Assembly (NCBI GenBank): GCA_965247685.1
Contig: OZ252021.1
Span: forward strand, 840,001 to 872,000
Origin: Bdellovibrionales bacterium
GTDB taxonomy: Bacteria > Bdellovibrionota > Bdellovibrionia > Bdellovibrionales > UBA1609
Direction of reading: 5' to 3'
Length of the DNA: 32,000 nt
Shown here: one piece after another, positions 16,013 through 25,301 of the stretch
Position numbering within the stretch: the stretch's first letter is position 1
Layout: each line of letters starts with the position of its first letter
Notes under the pieces: model-generated
What the model was told of the DNA's origin: nothing
Seen by the model: only the letters and a program-made list of their open reading frames with translations
Database searches by the model: none
Program-made: the position numbers and the translations under genes

Positions 16013-17551
16013 TCAACTATAGCGATCTTCACATTGTTCTTTTTTTTCTAAACAAGATGGGTGGTCAATAGAATGTTGCCCAGCTTGCTCAATACATTCA
16101 TAAAAAAACTGATTTTTCTCCTGACATTTTCCATATAAAATAAAATTAAAATGACGAGGACTTAAAAGAGAGATATTTTTTTCTTTATTAAAAGTACTAT
16201 TCCATCTCTTCCAATGATTGCTCATAATACTATCTTCACTAGTAAATCTACAATCATAGACTGAATGGGAATATTGTCCATAGTTATCAGATATCGCCTT
16301 TAGATTTTCTTTTTGAGAATAACTCCTTTCTTCATATTCATCCTCAAGCCCAAATAAGTGCAACATCTCATGAAGTATCGAGGGACAGTCGATATTTGAG
16401 GAATATTGGAATGTATTAGAGCGATGATGTCTTGACTGAATTTCAATTTTTTCTGATTTCTTTTTTTCACAAGTGTCTTTTGGAGATGAAATAATGATAT
16501 TCAATTTTTCTCCGTTGGGACCTATTAGTTTTGGATTGGCTTTATTCATACATTTTTTTACTTTTGTCATATAATGTTCAGGGATTTGGTCTTGAGGGAT
16601 ACTTCCATCATAATTTTTTCCTGCAACAAAATGCATGTTTAAATTAATAACATAAGATCCGTTTAGTTTTCTCTGGACTGAGTGGAATGGTGTAACAAGG
16701 TATCCATAAGGAAAAATCTTTTTTTCTGATCCAGGTTCTAAAGATTGACATATTTCCAATTCTTGCACTTTATTTAGAAAGTCTTTTATATCACTTATTC
16801 CGGTATTCGTTGTGAAATTTTGAGTTAGGCATATACCACCTTCTATATTAAATGTATCTTGTGGACTAACAAAAAGAGCTGTTAAATTTTCAATACGATT
16901 TTGGCGGATACGTATATCTTCATCAATAGTTTGACAAACAAAATTGTTTCTACTTTCCTTATTGAGACATTCCTGAGGTATCCTTTGTGTTTCTATTTTA
17001 TTAACTATTCTATTTAAGATTTGTGCAATGCAGTTTACGTCTTTATTTTTGATTTTATTAAAAACCTCAGAATGAACTTGGTCTGAACCATACCATATAC
17101 GATTTCTAAACGTATTCTTTGAACAGTGGTTGCAGTCTAGTGCCTCTTGCATTTCTTGGTAACCAATTGGTGCATCGACTGGATAATAGCCTTTTGGAAA
17201 TAATGTCATTTCTTCCATTTCTTGATAAGTTTGTTGAGATGCTTCAAGTATACGTGTTGTTGCGTCTTCAATGCATTCAGGGGAATTTTTACATAAATTT
17301 GCAATATCTTGTTGAAGGTTTTGCTTTATTTTTTGTAATTTTTCCAGATTCTCTTCATAAGGATATTTCTGAGGAAGTTCTCTTATTCGTTCAATAATAT
17401 CAGATACATCTAGGAGATCACCTTTTGTTTTCAAAGTAGCGTAGGGTCTCTCGGAGGTTATAGGAATGTATATTTTTTGTTCTTCTGCTATGGAAAATGA
17501 GGCTTTAGCAGTAATAAATATCAACAGTAATATAGATAGATATTTGTACAT
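16013..17551 (-). CDS. secreted zinc metalloprotease, metzincin-like (HExxHxxGxxD)
   Basis: 512 aa with signal peptide MYKYLSILLLIFITAKASFS. Contains the motif ILHEMLHLFGLEDEYE followed by a possible Met-turn (DSIMS) and many Cys residues. Family assignment (M64-like?) is uncertain. Confidence 0.65.
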   Translation of the reverse strand: MYKYLSILLLIFITAKASFSIAEEQKIYIPITSERPYATLKTKGDLLDVSDIIERIRELPQKYPYEENLEKLQKIKQNLQQDIANLCKNSPECIEDATTRILEASQQTYQEMEEMTLFPKGYYPVDAPIGYQEMQEALDCNHCSKNTFRNRIWYGSDQVHSEVFNKIKNKDVNCIAQILNRIVNKIETQRIPQECLNKESRNNFVCQTIDEDIRIRQNRIENLTALFVSPQDTFNIEGGICLTQNFTTNTGISDIKDFLNKVQELEICQSLEPGSEKKIFPYGYLVTPFHSVQRKLNGSYVINLNMHFVAGKNYDGSIPQDQIPEHYMTKVKKCMNKANPKLIGPNGEKLNIIISSPKDTCEKKKSEKIEIQSRHHRSNTFQYSSNIDCPSILHEMLHLFGLEDEYEERSYSQKENLKAISDNYGQYSHSVYDCRFTSEDSIMSNHWKRWNSTFNKEKNISLLSPRHFNFILYGKCQEKNQFFYECIEQAGQHSIDHPSCLEKKEQCEDRYS

Positions 17552-17567
17552 TTAGACACTCTTCGTT

Positions 17568-18254
17568 TTATATTTTAAAAATTCCAAATTCAGGATCTAT
17601 ACACTCTATGTCCACTTTTCCTTCAGATATGCACTGGAATTGTTTTTGAGAAAATCTTTTCTGTATCCTTATCCATTGAGGAGATATATCCCTTGATGGA
17701 TCTTGTTTCGGAGCAGGGGCAGGTTTATATAAAGTACGTTGAATAAAGCTGTTATCTCTTGTATAAAAAGCGCAGTTGACACATTGCCATTTGTTTTCCC
17801 ATATTTCATATATAAGCTTTTCTAGGGCTTTAAAATCTGAATGGTCTGGATGTATTTTTTCTTTGTTGATGTGGATGACAGGGGAATGGGGGTCTGGCTT
17901 AGACTGAAACCGCTTGTCTATTTTCATCATTGAAGACAAGGGGACTGTTTTTTGAAAGCGACTGTGAATCTTTAGCACTTGTTCTTTGAATAACTTTAAT
18001 TGAGGAGTAATTTCAGATTGAAAGAGTCCTAAGCGGACTTTTTACCTCTCCTTTTGAAAGTTTGAAGTGTTGACAGCTAACTGCACGGTATTTTGTTTTA
18101 AGATAACAGAAATTATATCTTTATTTCTGTAGTGAGATACTTGCCATGCCAGAGCAATAGATTCTTCGGAGGCATAAACAAGGCAGTGGAAAAATAAAGA
18201 TAATCCAATCAATAAAATATTTAGATTTTTAGAAAAAATAAAAAGTTTATTCAT
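17568..18254 (-). pseudogene. hypothetical secreted protein split by one in-frame TAA
   Basis: ORFs 18042-18254 (signal peptide LLIGLSLFFHCLVYA) and 17568-17978 share a frame. The 63 nt between them are open, and the only interruption is the TAA at 18044-18042 (codon 71 of 229). Confidence 0.45.
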
Positions 18255-18478
18255 AATCTCACCTTCTTATGTAACATTTTATACCTATATTTTCCTTTTC
18301 GGTCTTTTAGCTATTAATTTTAGTAAAAAACGTCGATTAATAAATTGCTAGGTGACTAACTAAACTACCCTTTATCCTAGATTGAGACACTGTAAGTCAT
18401 TATAAACACTCATAAAAATAATATCAAATAAAATAAGGTTCATTTCTAATGGTTTATTGACGACAGTAAAGTATAGAA

Positions 18479-19621
18479 ATGATAATTTTACGAGAACATT
18501 TGTTTTTCGATTGGTGGAGTGTTTTTACGGTGTGTTATTGTAGGGTTTCCTCTTATTTTCAGTTTTTGTTCATTATTCTTATTATGTTCTTATCGGCATA
18601 CGTACAGTCCGAACCTTGTACCTTTGTCTCAATAGATAATAATAATGTGGATTTGTGTGAAGAGGATTACAGAAACAATCTCTTAGAGCAAATGGAGAAT
18701 CTTATTTGTCCTTTTCCAAATTTGCGGGAGGCAATGGCAGATGAAAGAATGGCTCAAGTTATTGCTGGTAAAAATGTTTTTCAGACAATCGCAAGCAACG
18801 ATGTGGTTAGACTGCGGAAGGATGTAGGTCTTTATGTAGCTCTTAATCCTTTGAAAAAAAAGATTCATAAAACTTATAAAGATTTTTATGAAGTGGTTCA
18901 CACGGATTTTACTCTTAATATTACAACTTACCCAGCGGAGGTTAAGAAAGATTCTTGTGTAGGTCATAGTACTATCGTGAAGAAACCTACTGCTGAAAAG
19001 AACTTTGGAGAATTGGAAATATTATTAGAGGAAGGGCAGTTAAAGAGCACTTCAGAGACTTTAGGTGTCAAGAGAGATATATCGGAGGTTTTTGGAGATT
19101 ACTTAACAGTGGAGGGAAAAAAGCCTCGTTATTTTGAGCTACGAGAAGATCTAAAAAAAAATGAGGAAGGGAAGAGAGATATAATAATTATTTGCGAAAA
19201 TTCAAAAAATTCTTTAGACGAGAGGCTGAGTTTATACTGTGATGGTGATAATAGTGACAAATGTAAGAAACAAATGCCTCCTCTATGTTCGGAATGGGAT
19301 AAAAATAATAATCAGAGTTCAGAAAAGAAAAATATTTGTTCTTCTTGGAATACATTTGAGAAAATATCTGGAGATTTTTTTCTTCACAACATTACGATGA
19401 ATCATTTTTGTCCGGATGATTGTTCTTATTATGTGCAATTACTACAGAGAGTTCGTAAGAAAGAGAGTGAACATTGTGTAGAAAGCCATGCTATTGTGCA
19501 TTGTGGCCCTAAGAAAACGGAAGCCAAATACAATTTAAATATTAAGGTAGTAGATGACTTTTGTGAGGATTTTAATGTGATGTGTGTCCCTGATAATCTC
19601 GATCAAATAGCTTCTCAATAA
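18479..19621 (+). CDS. hypothetical Cys-rich secreted protein
   Basis: 380-aa ORF. A likelier start is GTG at 18530, preceded by GGAG, which gives the signal peptide ...FQFLFIILIMFLSAYVQS. There are many Cys residues. No family recognised. Confidence 0.55.
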   Translation: MIILREHLFFDWWSVFTVCYCRVSSYFQFLFIILIMFLSAYVQSEPCTFVSIDNNNVDLCEEDYRNNLLEQMENLICPFPNLREAMADERMAQVIAGKNVFQTIASNDVVRLRKDVGLYVALNPLKKKIHKTYKDFYEVVHTDFTLNITTYPAEVKKDSCVGHSTIVKKPTAEKNFGELEILLEEGQLKSTSETLGVKRDISEVFGDYLTVEGKKPRYFELREDLKKNEEGKRDIIIICENSKNSLDERLSLYCDGDNSDKCKKQMPPLCSEWDKNNNQSSEKKNICSSWNTFEKISGDFFLHNITMNHFCPDDCSYYVQLLQRVRKKESEHCVESHAIVHCGPKKTEAKYNLNIKVVDDFCEDFNVMCVPDNLDQIASQ

Positions 19622-19647
19622 AAAATTAAATTATATTTAAAAACCTA

Positions 19648-19667
19648 TAGATCAGTTGGTTAGAGTA
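19648..19667 (+). other. tRNA 5'-half remnant (D-arm-like)
   Basis: TAGATCAGTTGGTTAGAGTA matches the canonical tRNA D-arm TAGCTCAGTTGGTTAGAGCA at 18/20. No anticodon stem, T-arm or acceptor partner follows. Confidence 0.4.
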
Positions 19668-19779
19668 CATACTTAAAAAGGTGAAACTTGTTTTTTTTAT
19701 CACTTTAGTTTTCTAATTTTTAGGCAGCTTAGAACTAAAATTAACTCAACTTGGAGCTGAAAAATATGATCTTAGATAA

Positions 19780-20358
19780 TTATTTTGAACCATTTGTATT
19801 TATAGGGAAGCACCAGTTGGGTTTTTGTTTTGTGCCTCCGTCATAAGGATAGGAGAAACCCTTCTTAATCAAATAATTAGATAGATTAATATTATCAACA
19901 TAAACATCTGCAACGATTCTAAAATATTTTCCCCTTTGAATATTGAGCAGATCAATTCTTTTTGCAGACTTTAATAAATCCTCAATTAATTTTTGGGCTT
20001 GAAGAGCTTTTTCTTTTTCACAGTCTGTGTTTCCTTGGATCTCTGGAGTATCTACACCGTTGACCCTAATGTTTATATTTTCTCCTATGAGAGGGTGGAT
20101 ATCTGGAATGTTAAAAGTGATAGTATCTCCGTCATAATTTCTCACATACTCCACACATCTCAAATTGAAGTCATCATGAATACAAGCATGGATCTGAGAG
20201 TTTTTAGTTCGAGTTGAGGAAGTTGTTTGAGGTTGTAGTGATGAAAGTTTTCTATTTAAGAAAGTGCAGCCAAAAATAAAAAAAATAACAATAAACAAAC
20301 TGTATTTCATAATGTTAATTATATCTCGCTCAATGGATATAGGGAGGCTTAATTCCAT
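19780..20358 (-). CDS. thermonuclease (staphylococcal nuclease, SNase-like) lipoprotein
   Basis: Motifs [18 protein letters not shown] and [13 protein letters not shown] are SNase-like. The probable true start is Met17 (ATG at 20310), giving [15 protein letters not shown] (lipobox) and removing the overlap with purE. Confidence 0.75.
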   Translation of the reverse strand: MELSLPISIERDIINIMKYSLFIVIFFIFGCTFLNRKLSSLQPQTTSSTRTKNSQIHACIHDDFNLRCVEYVRNYDGDTITFNIPDIHPLIGENINIRVNGVDTPEIQGNTDCEKEKALQAQKLIEDLLKSAKRIDLLNIQRGKYFRIVADVYVDNINLSNYLIKKGFSYPYDGGTKQKPNWCFPINTNGSK

Positions 20359-20873
20359 TGTTTTTTAATTTGTGCTTGAAAAAGTTTTACGTTCTCGTTG
20401 GCTTGCTCTACTTTACTTTGTTGTTTTTTCATGTGTTGCTTTAGTTTTTTTGTGAGATTCGCTTGGGATAGGCTGAGTATTCTTATGGTCAGAAGTGCGG
20501 CATTATGAGCATTATCTATGGCAACAGTAGCTACTGGTATTCCATTTGGCATCTGAACGATAGATAATAAAGAGTCTAAACCTTTTAATTTTGCACTACA
20601 AATAGGAACTCCAATAACAGGCAAAGTGGTGAGAGAAGCCACCATACCAGGTAGATGTGCAGAACCTCCAGCACCTGCAATGATCACTTGGATACCCTTG
20701 TTTTGTGTTTGCAAAGCATATTTTTGCATAGCTTGTGGTGTGCGGTGAGCAGAAATCACCTTGGATTCATAAGGAACGTCGAACTGCTCAAGCACTTCAA
20801 CAGCTTTTTGCATCACGGACCAGTCTGAATCGCTACCCATAATAATAGACACAATCGGCTTTTTTTTAGACAT
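20349..20873 (-). CDS. purE: N5-carboxyaminoimidazole ribonucleotide mutase
   Basis: [10 protein letters not shown]...VISAHRTP...[27 protein letters not shown] matches the classic PurE signature. The gene is adjacent to purK. Confidence 0.9.
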   Translation of the reverse strand: MSKKKPIVSIIMGSDSDWSVMQKAVEVLEQFDVPYESKVISAHRTPQAMQKYALQTQNKGIQVIIAGAGGSAHLPGMVASLTTLPVIGVPICSAKLKGLDSLLSIVQMPNGIPVATVAIDNAHNAALLTIRILSLSQANLTKKLKQHMKKQQSKVEQANENVKLFQAQIKKQWN

Positions 20874-20890
20874 AACTTATTCCTAACATA

Positions 20891-22048
20891 TTATTTAAGC
20901 TTTGTAGAAAAAAATTTTTGTGCTTTAAACAGTTTTTTTAGAGCATCATTTCCAGAAGCTCCTCCAGCGTTCAAATGCCCCATTTTTCTGGTGGATCTCA
21001 GTTCTTTTTTTCTGTAATCATGCAGAAAAACATCATTAATTTTTTGCCAATCTGTAGATTTCTCTACTTGTCCAATTAAATTGAGCATAGCAAATCCCTT
21101 ATATAGTATTTTAGGTGTGATTAAGGGGCGATTCAAAATAGCTTCTATATGAAGAGAAAATTGATCCTTAGATAAAACGTTCAAGGAATAGTGACCTGAG
21201 TTATGGACTCGTGGTGCAACTTCATTCACGAGTAAACCCTTTTGAGTTTGAAAAAGTTCAAAAGCAATAACCCCATCATATTTTATAGCTTTTAAAAATT
21301 TTTTAATCCGAATGATTAAGTTTTTTATCTGAGAATGTGTGACAGGACCTTTAACCCAGTAGCATCTAAAGTTTTTTTGAAAAGTTTCTACTAAAGGAAG
21401 ATGAACGATCTTTTTTTTATATTGAGATGCAAATAGAAGTGCTAATTCTTTTTGAAAAGGAATAAATTCTTCTGCAATAAAACCTTTTTTTAATTTGGAT
21501 TTTATTTTTTTTAAATCTGAAATATTTTTTACTACGAAAGTTCCATATCCATCGTAGCCAAGACGTCTTTGTTTTAAAACCATTTTATTATTCAATTGAT
21601 TCAAAGCTGTTAGGGCTTCTTTATAGCTGCTGACAGAGTAGAAAGTGGATGTTGGAATATTGTGTTTTTTGAGAAGTTTTTTTTGTGAGAGTCGATCTTG
21701 TAAAGTGTCTATAATTTGAGGATGAGGGCGAACAGGTGTTTTAGATCGCTTCATGGCTTGCTGTAAAGCGGATGTGTTTACAAATTCATTTTCAAAAGTC
21801 ACAACATCTGTTTTTTTTAAAAACTGAACAAGAGAGGTTGTGGAATTTAAGTTTCCTTTTGTCCAAAAGGACGTCACTTGTGCAGAAGGGTCATCTGAGT
21901 TAGAGCTGAGGACATGAGGCTCTAAACCTAACTCATGAGCTTTGAGAACCATCATGCGAGCAAGTTGACCTCCTCCTAATATTCCAATTTTTTTTTTAAT
22001 TTTTGGCAAGCTCGACCTAATCCATTTGTACTTGGAGTATCGGATCAA
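20891..22048 (-). CDS. purK: N5-carboxyaminoimidazole ribonucleotide synthase (ATP-grasp)
   Basis: IGILGGGQLARMM N-terminal motif and ATP-grasp body, upstream of purE. The annotated start overlaps the glutaredoxin gene by 32 nt. An alternative TTG at 22009 would remove the overlap. Confidence 0.85.
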   Translation of the reverse strand: MIRYSKYKWIRSSLPKIKKKIGILGGGQLARMMVLKAHELGLEPHVLSSNSDDPSAQVTSFWTKGNLNSTTSLVQFLKKTDVVTFENEFVNTSALQQAMKRSKTPVRPHPQIIDTLQDRLSQKKLLKKHNIPTSTFYSVSSYKEALTALNQLNNKMVLKQRRLGYDGYGTFVVKNISDLKKIKSKLKKGFIAEEFIPFQKELALLFASQYKKKIVHLPLVETFQKNFRCYWVKGPVTHSQIKNLIIRIKKFLKAIKYDGVIAFELFQTQKGLLVNEVAPRVHNSGHYSLNVLSKDQFSLHIEAILNRPLITPKILYKGFAMLNLIGQVEKSTDWQKINDVFLHDYRKKELRSTRKMGHLNAGGASGNDALKKLFKAQKFFSTKLK

Positions 22049-22280
22049 GTTTTTTCTCTTGGTCCAGCTTCATAAGATCCGAACATCCGCCAATCATTTC
22101 ATCATTAATAAAAATTTGAGGAACAGTTTGTAAACCTGTACGAGCTTTGAGTTCATTCAGCTCTTCTAGTTTATCGTCCATGCAAAATTCTTGAAATGAT
22201 GCACCTTTTTCCTTAAGGATTTTTTTTGCCAAGTCACAAGCGGGGCAAGTGGTTTTTGTGTAAATTTCTATTTTAGCCAT
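22017..22280 (-). CDS. grx: glutaredoxin
   Basis: 87 aa with a CPAC active site (TKTTCPACDLAK), TVPQIF and GGCSD motifs. Confidence 0.85.
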   Translation of the reverse strand: MAKIEIYTKTTCPACDLAKKILKEKGASFQEFCMDDKLEELNELKARTGLQTVPQIFINDEMIGGCSDLMKLDQEKKLDPILQVQMD

Positions 22281-22407
22281 GGTGAAATACCTCCCTGATT
22301 TAAAAATACTATCATAGTTTTTTAAGTAAAGTCCAACACTGAATCAAAAATTAATGAAGTTGAAATTGGAACAAGTAAAAAGTCCAAAAAGATTTTCAAT
22401 TCGTTCA

Positions 22408-24255
22408 CTAATAAATACTCACCACTTGAATTTCTAATTCTTTGGCTACCTCATCTCTAATTTCATAAGAGTGGTCTGTATCTTTACCTACACCAAAGTA
22501 AACAAACTCAAACTCTGTAGTCTTTTTTAACGACTTAAGCCCCTCAATGAGATTCTCCGGCAGGATTTTCACGGTTAAAATAATATCCTTATCGACATGA
22601 AGGGGAGAAATTTGTTGTGAAACAACTCTTTGTAGGAGTTCATAAAAATGAATGTACCTAGAAGATTCCTCTTCCTCCTCCGCATAAAAAAGAATCAACT
22701 CAAAAGGCTCCTTATGATTTTTTAAAATGTATTCAATGGTTTGATTAATCAAGCGTCGAATGCGATGATTACCTACACATAAAATAAATTTCTTGCAGCA
22801 GTTTTCTGGGATTTCATTCAAAGATTTAAATTTACCGAGTCCCAGTCGTAAATCTATGTGGGATTCTAATCGTTGTTCCAGCATACCCCATCTATAATAC
22901 GCCATCATCAATAATGTACTACCAAATAAAAAGGTGAACATGAGAAGGGGGGCCGAAGAAGAATGTATCACCAGTGTATAAACAGAAAAACTTAAAATGA
23001 TCGCCGTAATAAGAGGAGGAAGAGGTATTTTATATTGGCTCACTTGAAGATATGTTTTCGAAATGTATTCCAAAGGGGTTTTTTTACTTAAATTTCTGTT
23101 TCTAAGTAATATAACTCCCACAGCAAAACTGACCATAACTCCTAAGAAGGCAATCTCATACACTTTCGCTGTGATCTCCACTGCCCCCGCGACAAAAGAA
23201 GACATCATCATCACAATAAGCATCATAGAAAAAACAATGACAGGGTAGCCTTCAAATTTAGGAACGATATGATTTATTCTTTTAAGGAAAATTTGAGGAA
23301 GATTTCCATGCTTGGCCATTGTCGTTGCTAAACCAATAAAACCCACATAGGCAGTGTTAGTAGCTGCAAATAAGGTCAAAGTGGCATCAACCACTATAAG
23401 GAAAAGGAGAAAAGAGCCTCCTATTTTTTTACTTAAACCAGAAAGAAGGTGATTGAGATTGCTGCTCACTTCCTCAGGAGTGAGAATAATCAAACAAAAA
23501 ATGGAAATAACAGGTGCAGTGGCAGAGACTAAAATAATAACAGCTCGGTAAAGTTTTCTGACTGTGAGCATAGTTGGCCTTTCTAAGGTTTCTACGATTT
23601 GTGCTGCAGACTCAAAACCTGTAATACCTAAAAATGAAGCTGCAAATCCATAAGCTAAGGTGGCAATTGTAATTTCTTTAGGATAATTGAAGAAATTGAA
23701 AAATTTTGAAAAATCAACATCGTTCCAATGAAATACAAGGTAAATAAGACTCCAAGTAGAAATAATCATGAGTAATGAAAAATGAGTGATGGCAATTACT
23801 GTAACAATTTTTGCAGGTTCTTTGATCCCTTTGATGTTGAGGACACCAAATAAAATCAATGGGATAAATGAAATATAAACCACCTGATGGACGTGAAGCC
23901 CTCCTGAGAAAAGAGAAGAAAAATAATAGCTTCCAGATAAAGAACTAACGGCTGCAGTCGCAAGATAAGAGACTACAGTTAAAGCTCCTGCGACAACAGC
24001 CATTCTACGGCCAAGGCTTCTAAGAATCATCGAATAAGCGCCACCATTATAAGGGCTCATTGCAAGACCTTCTTCATAAGTTCTTTTGAAGATCCACATT
24101 GCAAGGCATGCGATGAGGATAAAAAGTGGAGCAAAGTAACCCACAATAGGAAATAAGATTCCCGTACCGTAAAAAACAGATGTTCCAATATCTGCTCCCA
24201 CAATACCTGCAGCGATAATCCAGTTTAATTCACTGTTTTCTTTTTCAAATTCCAT
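22408..24255 (-). CDS. APC-superfamily amino acid/polyamine permease with C-terminal cytoplasmic domain
   Basis: 615 aa with about 12 hydrophobic helices. The N-terminal GADIGTSVFYGTG and SPYNGGAYS motifs are typical of APC transporters. A soluble tail of approx. 150 aa follows. Confidence 0.7.
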   Translation of the reverse strand: MEFEKENSELNWIIAAGIVGADIGTSVFYGTGILFPIVGYFAPLFILIACLAMWIFKRTYEEGLAMSPYNGGAYSMILRSLGRRMAVVAGALTVVSYLATAAVSSLSGSYYFSSLFSGGLHVHQVVYISFIPLILFGVLNIKGIKEPAKIVTVIAITHFSLLMIISTWSLIYLVFHWNDVDFSKFFNFFNYPKEITIATLAYGFAASFLGITGFESAAQIVETLERPTMLTVRKLYRAVIILVSATAPVISIFCLIILTPEEVSSNLNHLLSGLSKKIGGSFLLFLIVVDATLTLFAATNTAYVGFIGLATTMAKHGNLPQIFLKRINHIVPKFEGYPVIVFSMMLIVMMMSSFVAGAVEITAKVYEIAFLGVMVSFAVGVILLRNRNLSKKTPLEYISKTYLQVSQYKIPLPPLITAIILSFSVYTLVIHSSSAPLLMFTFLFGSTLLMMAYYRWGMLEQRLESHIDLRLGLGKFKSLNEIPENCCKKFILCVGNHRIRRLINQTIEYILKNHKEPFELILFYAEEEEESSRYIHFYELLQRVVSQQISPLHVDKDIILTVKILPENLIEGLKSLKKTTEFEFVYFGVGKDTDHSYEIRDEVAKELEIQVVSIY

Positions 24256-24368
24256 AGATAATTTTTTGACCTATAGTAGGAGTGTTTAAGCTTTAATTAT
24301 TTCATATAATCATTTTAAAAATGACAAGTATTTTATGAATTTCAATCACAAGTCTAGCCTTTTTTATT

Positions 24369-24836
24369 TTAAGACAGCTTAAGAATATGCTCAAATTCTT
24401 TTTTTTGAACAGGCATAATAGAAAGCCTTTGACCTTTTTTTAAAACAAGCATGTTTTTCAGCACTTTCTCTTTTTTCAGTTGCTCTAAAGTGATGAACTT
24501 CTTAAATATTTTTTTAAAAATCACTTCCACACAATACCAACGAGGATTTTCTAAAGTGGACTTAGCATCATAGTATTTAGATTTCTTATCTAAGGCTGTG
24601 AGGTCAGGTTGAGCTCTTTTTGAAATAGCAGCTAAGCCTGTTATTCCAGGTGGATTTCCTAAAGAATGATAGAATAAAACTTCGTCACCCACATTCATGT
24701 CATTCATCATAAAGTTTCGTGCTTGATAATTTCTCACTCCATCCCACAAAGCTTTTTTATCTTTTTGCAAATCTTTTATGGAATAGTTGGAAGGTTCAGA
24801 TTTCATAAGCCAATATTTTTTCATTTGATCATCCAT
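24369..24836 (-). CDS. EVE (PUA-like) domain protein
   Basis: KYWLMKSEPSNYSI.DL......WDGVRNYQARNFM..M..GD.VLFYHS is the hallmark EVE-domain N-terminus. The start may be Met5. Confidence 0.8.
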   Translation of the reverse strand: MDDQMKKYWLMKSEPSNYSIKDLQKDKKALWDGVRNYQARNFMMNDMNVGDEVLFYHSLGNPPGITGLAAISKRAQPDLTALDKKSKYYDAKSTLENPRWYCVEVIFKKIFKKFITLEQLKKEKVLKNMLVLKKGQRLSIMPVQKKEFEHILKLS

Positions 24837-24938
24837 CTTTAGAGGTTAAGAAAATTGTTTTAAATGAGAAAGAGATGGAAAGTCAATTTGTTGTTGATTT
24901 GTAGAGTTTTTGAAGCGTTAATCTTATTCAGACAAAAG

Positions 24939-24967
24939 TTGCTATCTTCTTTATCTTATAGTTATAT
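24939..24967 (+). promoter_or_regulatory. candidate promoter of tRNA-Arg
   Basis: TTGCTA (24939-24944), 17-nt spacer, TTATAT (24962-24967), 11 nt before the mature tRNA 5' end. Confidence 0.35.
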
Positions 24968-24977
24968 GAGGAAATAT

Positions 24978-25051
24978 GCGCTCGTAGCTCAACTGGATAG
25001 AGCATCAGACTTCGGATCTGAGGGTTAGGGGTTCAAATCCTCTCGGGCGCG
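24978..25051 (+). tRNA. tRNA-Arg (anticodon UCG)
   Basis: Manual fold: acceptor GCGCTCG/CGGGCGC, D-arm GCTC-AACTGGATA-GAGC, anticodon arm TCAGA-CTTCGGA-TCTGA (anticodon TCG), variable GGGTT, T-arm AGGGG-TTCAAAT-CCTCT, discriminator G. CCA is not encoded. Confidence 0.9.
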
Positions 25052-25075
25052 TGATTTTTATGAAATTTTGTTTTG

Positions 25076-25104
25076 AAAAAAAGCTATTTGTATAGCTTTT
25101 TTTT
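25076..25104. terminator. bidirectional rho-independent terminator after tRNA-Arg
   Basis: AAAAAAAGCTAT-TTGT-ATAGCTTTTTTTT. The A-run and T-run allow function on both strands. Confidence 0.65.
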
Positions 25105-25191
25105 ATTGGCTATGTGAGATAAAAAGAGCAGTGACATGAAGTTGCTACAGGATGACTCGATAAGCTGCGGCGAATGCCTTCGCTTATCTCC

Positions 25192-25287
25192 AGGGTTCAA
25201 ATCCTCTCGGGCGCATGATTTTTTATGAAATTTTGTTTTGAAAAAAAAAAGCTATTTGTATAGATTTTTTTTATTGGCTATATGAAA
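25192..25287 (+). repeat. duplicated copy of the tRNA-Arg 3' end plus its downstream terminator region (pseudo-tRNA fragment)
   Basis: 25194-25287 repeats 25030-25118 at an offset of 164 bp. The shared sequence is GGTTCAAATCCTCTCGGGCGC, then ATGAAATTTTGTTTTGAAAAAAAA..GCTATTTGTATAG..TTTTTTTTATTGGCTAT, with a few substitutions and indels. No acceptor 5' strand is present upstream. The terminator copy at 25241-25272 sits 30 nt after the tolA-like stop. Confidence 0.8.
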
Positions 25288-25301
25288 TTTTATATGATGT
25301 T

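Noticed and set aside
3530-18254. Stop-codon reassignment as an explanation for the in-frame TGA and TAA codons in abiEii and the 17568-18254 gene
   Set aside because: TGA (cas2), TAG (cas9) and TAA (sufB) each terminate well-supported genes at the expected lengths, so the standard code applies. The interruptions are better explained as pseudogenisation or sequencing errors.
24311-24325. 15-bp palindrome TCATTTT-A-AAAATGA upstream of the permease gene as an operator
   Set aside because: An A/T-only palindrome of this size is common by chance in an AT-rich intergenic region, and there is no second copy.
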